64,000 bases of DNA, taken from positions 186,001-250,000 of IMG/VR virus record IMGVR_UViG_3300032315_001715; one strand, given 5' to 3'. The first letter of the stretch is position 1, and each line of letters begins with the position of its first letter. Under the pieces are notes generated by a model. It was given only the letters and a program-made list of their open reading frames with translations, searched no databases and had not been told where the DNA came from. The position numbers and the translations under genes were made by a program. This document shows positions 58,001 through 64,000 of the stretch, piece by piece.

Positions 58001-60027
58001 TGGGATACGTTGTGGGTGACCTATTGGTGCTAGAAGGTGGTACTCCGCTACCTGATACAGCAACGGTTTTGCGCGTAACCGATGTTGGTCCAAACGGTGA
58101 GCTGCAATCGGTAATGATTGAAGTTGCTGGCGAATGGTCTGCGGTACCATCTCTTCCGTATTCGTGGAATGTTTCTAGAGCGGTCGGAAACGGATTTGTC
58201 GCTGCTGGAATTACCATAGGTTGGGGTGCAAATACCGCAGTAATTGTGGGATCGGGTAGATACGCTAGGATTCCAGAACAACCAATGACACAGGTGTCGG
58301 CACCGGCGTCGGGCGGAATTGGAGCAACATGGAATCTAATTTTCCTTGGAAAGATAAACACCTACAATTTTGTTGGCAACGGTGCAACCACTGATTTTTA
58401 CATTCCGAATACCAGCGAATTGTCATCAAACCAATTCATGGTTGTTATTGACGGTGTAATATCCTATGTTAATAGCGTATTGATAAATGGTGTGAGATTG
58501 CCGTACGCACCAGCGTATGGTGCTAAGATCACGGTGACACTGTTTGGTTCGGCTGAATATAGCCAAATTATCGAAACTACCATCAACATCACCAATCCAT
58601 TGGTATTGAGCTATCCGCTATCTCAGACTCCAGCAAGCACATTACCGACCTACATCAGCACACTGGTTAGAAAAAATGGTGATCTACTAGAACCACCGTT
58701 GTTACAGCAGTTCCGTGGAAATGGATCAATGAGATCGTGGAGGATGACGATCGATCTTACCGGATATTTGGATGTTAGGGTTTATGTTGATCAAGTCCTA
58801 CAATCTGGGACCATCACGGCATTGACAGAAGTTGAGCCGCTTCCTGGATATGATTATATCATCGACGGAGATAACCGTTTAATATTTGCATCTCCAAACG
58901 CTAACGATGCTGACATACAGGTACTTTGCATCAAATCAACAACTGAATACACCATTAGTGGTTCGACCATCATATTCAACGGCTCTGCAATTTCCAACGG
59001 AGATCAAATCATAGTTACTTCCTACAATCAGGATCTTGACTATGAATTCCATACGGAGGAGTTTGAACCAAGTGTGACCAATCGCTATCCTCTTACCAAG
59101 ATACCGTATGATAGGAATTCTATACGTGTATGGCAGGACGGCAAGCTGTTGGTACCAATGAAGGATTACACGATTGAATTTGATCCGGCTAATAGCGGGT
59201 GGGATATAACATCGTGGGATCAATGGGGTTGGGACGTGCCGACAGACGATCGAGATGTCGTGAAGATCGGTGAATCCTTGGTCACTGCTGATCAAGTGGT
59301 TGTAACATACATGGTTGGGTTGCCAGAACGCCCGGCTGTTGCATGGAGGACATTGACCACCGAAACCGCTAGCCTAACGACTGCGTTGGATTCGACTAGA
59401 GAAACCATACTCCTCAGCAATGTGTTTACATTCAGTTCAACCATTGAGATTGCTGATTATACAACGTTAACAGCACCAACTCTCACTGATCCTGGGTATG
59501 TTTATATAAACAACGAATTAATTGGATTCACGGGGATACAATCGTCCCCTAGCATGGCTAACCCAAAGCGGGCATTCCTAACAGGATTGCAGAGAAATCG
59601 AATGGGAACCTCCGGATCACCAACAACATTGTATAACGTGCAGTTCTATGACGGCGACAACAGCACCGTGTATTTTGCAACAGAGGCATTTAATCAAGCG
59701 ATATCAAGGACCGTTTGGGTTAACGAGGTGTTGCAAGTTGAGGGAGTTGATTACGAGTTTGTGATAATGTCTTCTCCGCCGTTGGTAGGTGAATATGTGA
59801 AATTCTTATCTCCACCATCGGCCGGATACAGAAATGTAAAGATATCCAATCTAAATCGTGATAGCATTGAAACAAATGTCAGCCATGTTGTTCTCAGCAC
59901 GGTCATTGATGCCGGTACAATGGTTAGATTCCCAACTCCTTATGCTTGGGAACCGGCACCTCGTGGATTGCAGTATAGCAAGAGTGATCAAGCCATGTTC
60001 ATTCTAAACCACCAATCTAGCGGATAA
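48997..60027 (+). CDS. Giant baseplate wedge/scaffold protein (3676 aa, gp7-like position)
   Basis: Uninterrupted ORF directly after gp6; repeated G(D/N)G.T..F and G.GY..GD modules; KPYHSKVR motif. Confidence 0.75.
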   Translation: MVDKRRTIELLPGHLRTETLTKVFAATVDHLFQPESVEFLTGYVGNRPAWYDPVKDFYIGEPTKNRADYQFSPTIVSKDYQSGLLTNALFYEDLLGQLRFQGALVDNHNRLFEQEYYSWSPPIDADKFVNFYNYYWLPYGPAAIELLDTTDLLNDVVDALNYTYTGTIKYESTGEVVETTLPFTTGMKIVPRADRTDSINGREFIIELVGQGIQLVEIFSLANPGWDLTSWDTSSWGGDDSLEYKQYITINRASKDGNQWSSTNRWFHVDVIKFSKEVNPDPYQQQARRPIIEFDSNINLYKYGFRNQGSVDLVDTTNGDFLGSIVGQPSWSIDGVPLRDGMRVLPLADENLNTNGKIYEVSGQIAGAIELTVVQLNGDQNGSPMYGDRVNVKFGALQGYNLYYDGMNWSSSGQQKQGTTIPPLFILYDINGNAMDDPSIYPSSTFAGSHVFGYTLDQNSSFDSELGINAKLDQFGDYVFINNLASDTVNYISDNRQQTYSGYLFAGIGDDQFSNSWYSAPTSSRQYIVNEFVVTRNQAEYRIDQTPAVQIPNTLPTIMVYSITPNGTQTELRNGSDYLVSGNIVSIISSIIPGSRLIVKSWNSTAPSELIGYYEIPLNLRANPNNDEIVSTTRSQFLQQFIDIISNQTGLTGTTLGSNNYRDTAKNRGLGLSILQHRAPMIKLALMNTIRINDATSTQGPADPIAAMQFAQRSYQRFYNRFLQALFSQSTKQGFSASSSGSCDPYVVAQWVSSALAQINVGKTQASPWANSGPDGMPGSYCSMKSSSPTYVPASPARLGLTPVYQPVVYLDSWTYTDTRLVIQTHDGARIVMVNDQGEQLGTFVHGQTSTTNPEELTNPVAAAWLKFELDLYNGLPTGYRDPDAALVFDTREYMPGKWRSSDYSRSETLRLQRSFFDKWTINGQIEFRANTGYDTTNQFSYNYRSVLDLNGQAVPGHWQGIYRWFYDTDRPNTHPWEMLGFTQKPAWWDAQYGSSPYTRGNTALWEDLRDGIIRQGARAGQHQAWARPGLMSSIPVDDQGNLLPPYAAGCVASIPDVYSSRSEWIFGDGSPVESAWTYSQDYSFVISQVSYLMKPARFVEYTWDSLRTVDSFANTSSSQWLYIDTNSRRGSNEFYVHREKPNTLSIGVTIPNESDLSYFGSCGFQHWISEYLVSQGLDVTNYFGNLIRGGNVQLAQRMAGYINSNSLRVTVDSFGDLGYNSQIVPNENINTYLYKSTSIGESIYSGVVVEQVKNGWRVYGYDPVGQIFTIIPSNTNGAKNSIVIGNQKAIEYKIGLPTTSYVPYGKVFSTRQDVYDFLISYGRWLTDQGWVFDQYSEDANVVLNWSQSAKEFLFWSQGSWDNGTFITLSPSADSVRFFQQYGNIQYVNGITAGTYPIVDRAGSPVQPQNVTIIRDEGAITVKPNNSQGIYGLRLYRTTLEHAVFFDNITAFGDIVYQPLYNLRQERVKIYAYRTNDWNGRVDAPGYFLTQNANTGTWSMTTNLETTANDVRKYFNIDQPKNYNEINPINGAIVQKTTELGVVDRTDIRNLAKHLIGYQDRVYMQNLLLEDATQFEFYQGFIRQKGTRSTIDRLLRNTSIIPADSSFNYYEEWLIRTGWYGATSLNNVIEYRLPQAKVVNDPQWIRLFSTSDSDYSGDQVLDIVPGDPLIVTPPESYQDRLFALRTSYAINPQTDLPTAGYAMLGETTWFVTNTAGLFSLYSDRRSQLIPLQERDTVWQFINNTGGWNAWILTKAVSQIDITIPSQVNDTPTIITTIAEHGLLDGDIVVIYGVFGLAILNGTYVISGVTPKTFQIPVTTFEQGIGGTILVYRPMRFATIFDRDSGEPPGGWMDGDIVYVDEGGIVPGAWTVYTRSFNKWYPYRQQEYRVAASQMVESRLYDSDSKALISLVGYHDPIQGRISGKADAEISYKTDFDPAKYNKGNSSGYALSESEAWSSAQLGEVWWDLSTARYIDYGIGDEQYRIQHWGKIAPGTSVDVYEWIRSPIPPSDWASYAAQGESISDGSRTFIPTGSIRNPTNPSWSEIVEYGSGGSATTYYYFWVKNSSMAPWSPTRKLTTINISTLIQNPDSDDMPWYAAVSSRSIVMGNVQRLLNANRLIHQITYSSTPNENNTFGEWELIREGDPMSPINDTAWGKLKSSLTTIDGLNNDVPDYHLPEMQKYGTMVRPRQTWFENREAASKVFVNAFNTLISISLTPMVDNPAMTGWKIYFEAAEPIPPQAGNWDYRVTDLGQRDALIGAILPGQVVLVDPVSATGNLWTMWVYQPGSSPWTMIRKQAYNTNNYWNYVDWYLVGYGPNTNINYTVATIGELSTIDNPSVGKTVRVLDNGSNKWQIFAWNGEWRLVGQQDGSIEVLSQIYTWAETLGGFDDLAFDSTMFDPTASIEFGNVIDGITNAIYPEPDSIEMNSLFFSMLSYVVSEQGQVDWLVKTSNIVLKGFDQSLTTSKLLAADNINSIIGFVNEAKPYHSKVREFVSGKKSDDLASLNIIDFDYPPGLPYDVIPDEGTVERIYYDTYQSWANNYLTNPELVRKLTTTLIFDRISTPSLRKGWGRIWAVFGWDDSYGQNFGAIDRIDEYYEPTPGMIPKIIEDLMGGVTYKGYRLNALGFNVETGWGIGPWGGLLGWDPDPLAVESYLDQIIQGGDAPTYDVGVGNGITRNFPIVRDVTNPHNIVVWSDGSLRTYGIDWIVPTYAQSATVVDGGSGYSIGDQLDLIAGNGIAAARLRVTAVDHGMITAVEIVGRGSYSTVLRGPYLAQYPFAYPGTGSNAQFGVNWFCNNIEFATAPDSSSVANIFMLYVGTTFGPAPEGSSDTIYDGNEFIQPFVDDNHPEELYPFRARDAVMMDVMTRRAGGQPLINVGVYTTDGITDQYDLSIVPQDDDAVMAYLDGQPLVAGLAGDFVINYDTRRMVFLSTPLSDKILHVFVIGTGGSSRLAGEAYVASPGIGYLPGDVVTLDSEIGQVPASVQISTVTAVSISITSPGMGYVVGDLLVLEGGTPLPDTATVLRVTDVGPNGELQSVMIEVAGEWSAVPSLPYSWNVSRAVGNGFVAAGITIGWGANTAVIVGSGRYARIPEQPMTQVSAPASGGIGATWNLIFLGKINTYNFVGNGATTDFYIPNTSELSSNQFMVVIDGVISYVNSVLINGVRLPYAPAYGAKITVTLFGSAEYSQIIETTINITNPLVLSYPLSQTPASTLPTYISTLVRKNGDLLEPPLLQQFRGNGSMRSWRMTIDLTGYLDVRVYVDQVLQSGTITALTEVEPLPGYDYIIDGDNRLIFASPNANDADIQVLCIKSTTEYTISGSTIIFNGSAISNGDQIIVTSYNQDLDYEFHTEEFEPSVTNRYPLTKIPYDRNSIRVWQDGKLLVPMKDYTIEFDPANSGWDITSWDQWGWDVPTDDRDVVKIGESLVTADQVVVTYMVGLPERPAVAWRTLTTETASLTTALDSTRETILLSNVFTFSSTIEIADYTTLTAPTLTDPGYVYINNELIGFTGIQSSPSMANPKRAFLTGLQRNRMGTSGSPTTLYNVQFYDGDNSTVYFATEAFNQAISRTVWVNEVLQVEGVDYEFVIMSSPPLVGEYVKFLSPPSAGYRNVKISNLNRDSIETNVSHVVLSTVIDAGTMVRFPTPYAWEPAPRGLQYSKSDQAMFILNHQSSG

Positions 60028-60030
60028 ATA
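60023..60030 (+). promoter_or_regulatory. Late promoter
   Basis: GATAAATA, overlapping the wedge stop codon and 4 nt before ATG 60035. Confidence 0.65.
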
Positions 60031-60034
60031 GCTG

Positions 60035-60187
60035 ATGGTTAATAACAACGGCCAGGATCGATCGACTCCTAACACAGCGGATCAACCAGAATCGAGCACC
60101 GATGAAAAACTTGGTGTTATGGTTTATGGTAATCTCAAGATATTCGATGTGTCTACGGGAGAAGTGTTGGTAAACAAGAGAGCTTGA
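60035..60187 (+). CDS. 50-aa protein missing from the ORF track
   Basis: MVNNNGQDRSTPNTADQPESSTDEKLGVMVYGNLKIFDVSTGEVLVNKRA; late promoter upstream; TGATG coupling to the next gene. Confidence 0.7.
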   Translation: MVNNNGQDRSTPNTADQPESSTDEKLGVMVYGNLKIFDVSTGEVLVNKRA

Positions 60188-60789
60188 TGAGAAACGAAAT
60201 GAATGATACCCTAGCGAGCTTTGTAAGAGGTCACGTTTTAATAACGGATGTTGCTACCGGAGAAACACTGGTCGACAAATACAATGCCATTAACTATGAA
60301 AATTTTTCCATCAGCTTGACGAGAACCATCGCAAATCGTACCGATAGCTGGATACAAGACATGGTTTTTGGAAACGGTGCTGCGACGGTAAGTGGCACAG
60401 GTACCATAACGTATCTCCCACCAAATGTGGTCGGTGCATCAGCACAGCTTTATAATGAAACATATTCAAAATGTGTGGACGATATTAGTCCATTAAATTT
60501 AGACCCGTCCTCTAATTACATTACCACCGCACACATCAATGGTACGACATACAGTGATGTTATCATCACTTGTAATCTTGGAGTTGGAGAACCATCCGGA
60601 CAGGATGCATTTGATAATGCAACCACATTAACTGGTCCATATGTTTTCAATGAAATTGGATTGAAAGCATACGATCCTCGAGGACCAGCCCAAGGGCGGT
60701 TGCTTAGCCATGTGATTTTTAGTCCGGTACAAAAGAGTTTGAATCGGCAGCTAGCCATAGTCTATACCATAAGAATACAAACGGTGTGA
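60187..60789 (+). CDS. Baseplate/tail-fibre attachment-type structural protein
   Basis: GHV.I.D..TGE.LVDK.NAI, EP.GQDAFD, F.E.GL, SHVIF.PVQKSLNR...I.YT.RIQ. Confidence 0.65.
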   Translation: MRNEMNDTLASFVRGHVLITDVATGETLVDKYNAINYENFSISLTRTIANRTDSWIQDMVFGNGAATVSGTGTITYLPPNVVGASAQLYNETYSKCVDDISPLNLDPSSNYITTAHINGTTYSDVIITCNLGVGEPSGQDAFDNATTLTGPYVFNEIGLKAYDPRGPAQGRLLSHVIFSPVQKSLNRQLAIVYTIRIQTV

Positions 60790-60819
60790 TCTGTGATTTC
60801 TATAAGGAATGATTGTTAA

Positions 60820-62589
60820 ATGGCTACAAACATATTCAACTATAACGGAACAAAACTAACCACGGTCCCGGATGGTCGCATTGATACTACCAGCGCGAGT
60901 ATTAAATTTCCCGGTTACGGATATATCAACTACGGCGAGGCCGTAAATGAAAACATGCTGTGGATCATGCAAAATTTTGCAGGATCGACACCACCGACAA
61001 ATCCAACCTTGGGACAAACATGGTACGACACGTCGGCTGTGTCCCTAAAGGTCTTTGATGGAACAAATTGGACGGATGCAACCGGTATATCAACCGGACC
61101 GACCCAGCCTGTATCGCCGGCTGATTCCGGGTCTCTTTGGTTTGATACCGTCAACAAGCAGCTTAATGTCTATTCTGGATCGTCTTGGTTGTTGGTTGGT
61201 CCGCTTGGTAGTGCTAACAATACCGATCCCGTTAATCCTGCTATACCGACCTATAACATGATAGATGCTGCCCGAATTTCGGATGGCACCACAACCCATT
61301 CGGTATGGCGTCTCAGCCTCGGGGGCATCCTGCTTGCTATAATGAGCGTTGATACCGAATTTATCCCAATTCCAAATATTTCCGGATTTTCGACGATCAA
61401 GCCTGGGCTGAATCTCAATGGATCAGTTGCTGGGGTTAGCATTACCGGCGATTTAACATTGTTTCGAAACAATTCCGATAATGTACCGAGTGCAACGGAT
61501 ACATACGATCTTGGAACTAGCAGCAGTCGTTTTAAAACGGTCTATGCTACTAAATTTAACGGCATAGCAACCAGTGCGGAAGTGGCCACTTCCGCAGGTA
61601 CAGCTACCATTGCACAGAACAGCGATCAATTGGGCGGCATTGACGCGTCAAAATTCCTCAGGACGAATCAACATAACATACCAGACACTAATCTAGCATA
61701 TGATCTTGGTAGCCAATCACAACAATGGAAAACCGTGTATGCCGGAAACTTAGTGCTCAATGGCGTATCATTGAGCACGGGTAACATAGTTAGCATATCC
61801 GGCACGGCGAATCAGGTCATCGTCACCGGAACAGCTAATGCCGTATTAAGCCTTCCGCAAAGCATAGCTCCGGCTAGCTCAGTTCGATTCTCGTCTATTG
61901 GATTGAATCAAGCAGCAGGTGCAGCCGGATCGTTGACGTTCGGCGACGGCACGATGCAAAGCACAGCCTATATCCCGGGTACGGGGTATAATCTAAATTC
62001 GTCACCTCCGCCTTCGAACATCAATCTATCTATTGGACAAAAGATCATATTGAATTTTACCAATCTAACAAATTTACCGCTGTACACCGCTTGCTCCCAG
62101 GGTATCTATAAGGTCTATTTGGTATGCACCCAAACCAATTCTCCAAACGTTACCATTGAATGGTTCCCAAACAGCGTGTTGACACCGAGTGCTATTTCAG
62201 ATGAGTTTGAGACCACCGGTATCTTGACGAATACCGCCAGTGGAGGATTTAGCACAACGCCCATTGCTCAGAACAACAAAAAGCCTGGTGCATTTTATTT
62301 TGATTTAGTAAATGGACCAAATGATGCGGTATCTGACAAGGGGCCGTTCATGGCGGAATTTATCGCCAGCACATATACAGCGGCTAAGATGATTAAAGCA
62401 TCGACGATTATTGCGCTTGGATCAAGCATCAATAACAGCATGTGGTTGAATGGAATCGGTACAGGTTCCGGATCGGCACGGCTTAATACCACAACAGCGT
62501 GGACCAGCCTGGGAGTGATTCGGTTCGAACCGTCTGCATCGCCGAGCAGCGTCATGACCGGTACGGTTGTGATAGAACGGCTTGCGTAA
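60820..62589 (+). CDS. Tail fibre-like protein
   Basis: Shared NYNGT..T.VPDG.IDTTS anchor, G.LWFDT repeats, ADQLGG-type linker, S/T/N-rich distal domain. Confidence 0.75.
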   Translation: MATNIFNYNGTKLTTVPDGRIDTTSASIKFPGYGYINYGEAVNENMLWIMQNFAGSTPPTNPTLGQTWYDTSAVSLKVFDGTNWTDATGISTGPTQPVSPADSGSLWFDTVNKQLNVYSGSSWLLVGPLGSANNTDPVNPAIPTYNMIDAARISDGTTTHSVWRLSLGGILLAIMSVDTEFIPIPNISGFSTIKPGLNLNGSVAGVSITGDLTLFRNNSDNVPSATDTYDLGTSSSRFKTVYATKFNGIATSAEVATSAGTATIAQNSDQLGGIDASKFLRTNQHNIPDTNLAYDLGSQSQQWKTVYAGNLVLNGVSLSTGNIVSISGTANQVIVTGTANAVLSLPQSIAPASSVRFSSIGLNQAAGAAGSLTFGDGTMQSTAYIPGTGYNLNSSPPPSNINLSIGQKIILNFTNLTNLPLYTACSQGIYKVYLVCTQTNSPNVTIEWFPNSVLTPSAISDEFETTGILTNTASGGFSTTPIAQNNKKPGAFYFDLVNGPNDAVSDKGPFMAEFIASTYTAAKMIKASTIIALGSSINNSMWLNGIGTGSGSARLNTTTAWTSLGVIRFEPSASPSSVMTGTVVIERLA

Positions 62590-62622
62590 ATGTCACAGCA
62601 TCCGCACCGTTCAAACTTCATG

Positions 62623-62630
62623 GATAAATA
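62623..62630 (+). promoter_or_regulatory. Late promoter
   Basis: GATAAATA. Confidence 0.6.
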
Positions 62631-62657
62631 ACTCAACATAGACAAGGGTAATTACGA

Positions 62658-63812
62658 ATGGCTACCAACATTTATAACTACGATGGAACGTTGCTCGCAA
62701 CGGTCCCTGATGGTAGTATCGATACCACCAGCGCCAGCATAAAGTTTCCGGGCCGAGGCTATGTAAATTACGGTGCACCGGTCAACGAGGATCTTCTGTG
62801 GATCTTACAAAACTTTGCGTCTGGATCGTCGCCGGCTAACCCAACAAACGGTCAGCTCTGGTATGATACATCGACAAAATTGATCAAGGTCTACGACTCA
62901 ACAGCCTTAGCATGGGTGTCAGTTGGCGGCGTTGTCAGATCAAGCACGGCACCGATCACTGGTTCAAATGTCGGTGCGCTTTGGTACGATACAACCAAAA
63001 ATCAGTTACACGTTTGGTCCGGAACGGCCTGGTTGCTTCTAGGTCCACTGGGGGCTAGCGATAATTTGGATCCGTTGAATCCCACCAACCCAACCTACAG
63101 TAGGATTGATTCAGCAAGAATATCTGATGGTACGACAAATCATCCAATTTGGAGGATAACCATCGGAAATACCGTCTTCGCTATCATCAGCAAGGATGCA
63201 TCGTTCGTTCCTAATCCGTCAATATCTGGATTCGCGCAGCTTAATCCGGGTATCAATTTCAACACCAACGTAGCGGGTGTCGGTATCACCGGCGACACCG
63301 CACTGTTTAAGAACAATCAAAATAACCTACCTATATCAAACAATGTTTATGATATGGGTAGCTCGACCTATAGATTTGCTAACATGTATGCAACTCTGTT
63401 TGACGGGGTTGCTACGTCAGCAAGGTATGCTGACCTTGCGGAAAGATATGAAGCTGATCGAGTTTATCCATCCGGGACGGTTGTGTGTCTAGGCGGGGCA
63501 AAGGAGATTACTGCATCTAATCAACCGGGTGATGATTCGGTGTTTGGGGTCATTTCGACATCACCCGCACACTTGATGAATTCGGGTGCCGGGGACGATG
63601 ACACACATCCAGCCGTTGCATTAACCGGACGTGTACCATGTAAGGTCGTTGGCCAGGTTAAGAAACATCAGCGATTGATGGCTAGCTCCATGGAAGGTGT
63701 TGCATGTGCGTGGGATCCGGCGTTTGGAATCCTTGCGATAATTGGCAGAACCCTTGTCGAAAAAACGACACACGGAGTTGATTTAATAGAGATCGTTGTA
63801 GGCAAGAACTAA
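62658..63812 (+). CDS. Tail fibre-like protein with a C-terminal intramolecular-chaperone-like domain
   Basis: Paralogous to 60820 over the N-terminal ~250 aa; ATSARYADLAERY...GTVV...VAL.GRVP.KV.G. Confidence 0.8.
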   Translation: MATNIYNYDGTLLATVPDGSIDTTSASIKFPGRGYVNYGAPVNEDLLWILQNFASGSSPANPTNGQLWYDTSTKLIKVYDSTALAWVSVGGVVRSSTAPITGSNVGALWYDTTKNQLHVWSGTAWLLLGPLGASDNLDPLNPTNPTYSRIDSARISDGTTNHPIWRITIGNTVFAIISKDASFVPNPSISGFAQLNPGINFNTNVAGVGITGDTALFKNNQNNLPISNNVYDMGSSTYRFANMYATLFDGVATSARYADLAERYEADRVYPSGTVVCLGGAKEITASNQPGDDSVFGVISTSPAHLMNSGAGDDDTHPAVALTGRVPCKVVGQVKKHQRLMASSMEGVACAWDPAFGILAIIGRTLVEKTTHGVDLIEIVVGKN

Positions 63813-63813
63813 C

Positions 63814-64000
63814 ATGACTTATAGCCCCGGGCAACTGATATTAGCGGACGATTTCACGGCATTTAGGGGATCGATAGCTCCGAGCTCTCCGTATCCAAGC
63901 CTAGTGAACGCTGCAAATAAGGTAGCTGCCCTGGTAGGTGTCGGATATGGTAACCGCGGTTACGGCCAGATCTCAACACCGCTAACCGGGGTTTCAGTTG
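63814..64000 (+). CDS. 3'-truncated structural protein
   Basis: MTYSPGQLILADDF...GVGYGNRGYGQ, open to the window end. Confidence 0.7.
   Translation, partial: MTYSPGQLILADDFTAFRGSIAPSSPYPSLVNAANKVAALVGVGYGNRGYGQISTPLTGVSV

Noticed and set aside
1-64000. Stop-codon reassignment, which is seen in some jumbo phages
   Set aside because: Long conserved genes (gp23, gp20, gp46, gp6, the 3676-aa ORF) are intact in the standard code, and all three stop codons end genes.
1-64000. tRNA genes, inteins, or diversity-generating retroelement
   Set aside because: No cloverleaf/TTCGA-CCA pattern in intergenic gaps, no intein-sized insertions with Hint motifs in gp20, gp46 or the helicase, and no reverse transcriptase or template/variable repeat pair was noticed.

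Overview
A 64-kb slice of a large T4-like (jumbo-type) myophage genome in the standard genetic code, with no tRNA or CRISPR array. In order: (1) the 3' end of a probable neck/tail-completion gene and a truncated CCA/poly(A)-polymerase-family nucleotidyltransferase; (2) a 12-gene, ~10.6-kb sugar-synthesis/glycosyltransferase cluster (RfbH-type 3-dehydrase, split TPP-dependent alpha/beta pair, SDR, dTDP-glucose 4,6-dehydratase, several GTs); (3) a 2OG-oxygenase-like gene, a DUF5591/ArcS-like gene and a free-standing homing endonuclease; (4) the minus-strand head module (gp23, gp22, gp21, core protein, fibre-like gene, gp20) and a tape-measure-like gene; (5) a gp26/gp51-like pair apparently joined by a -1 frameshift; (6) a ~480-nt hairpin-dense non-coding region near a TnpB-like protein that stops before the RuvC domain; (7) a resolvase-like nuclease, gp46/HNH/gp47 and a gp55-like late sigma factor; (8) baseplate genes (tube initiator, gp53, hub, a gp5 with SGNH plus two lysozyme domains, gp25, gp6, a 3676-aa wedge protein), interrupted by an inverted early block (split SNF2 helicase, HExxH protein, acyl carrier protein); (9) tail-fibre genes. 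The strongest leads are the RuvC-less TnpB-like gene with the structured RNA candidate, the branched deoxysugar/glycosylation cluster, and the gp26-gp51 frameshift. All family assignments come from motif recognition by eye, not from database searches.
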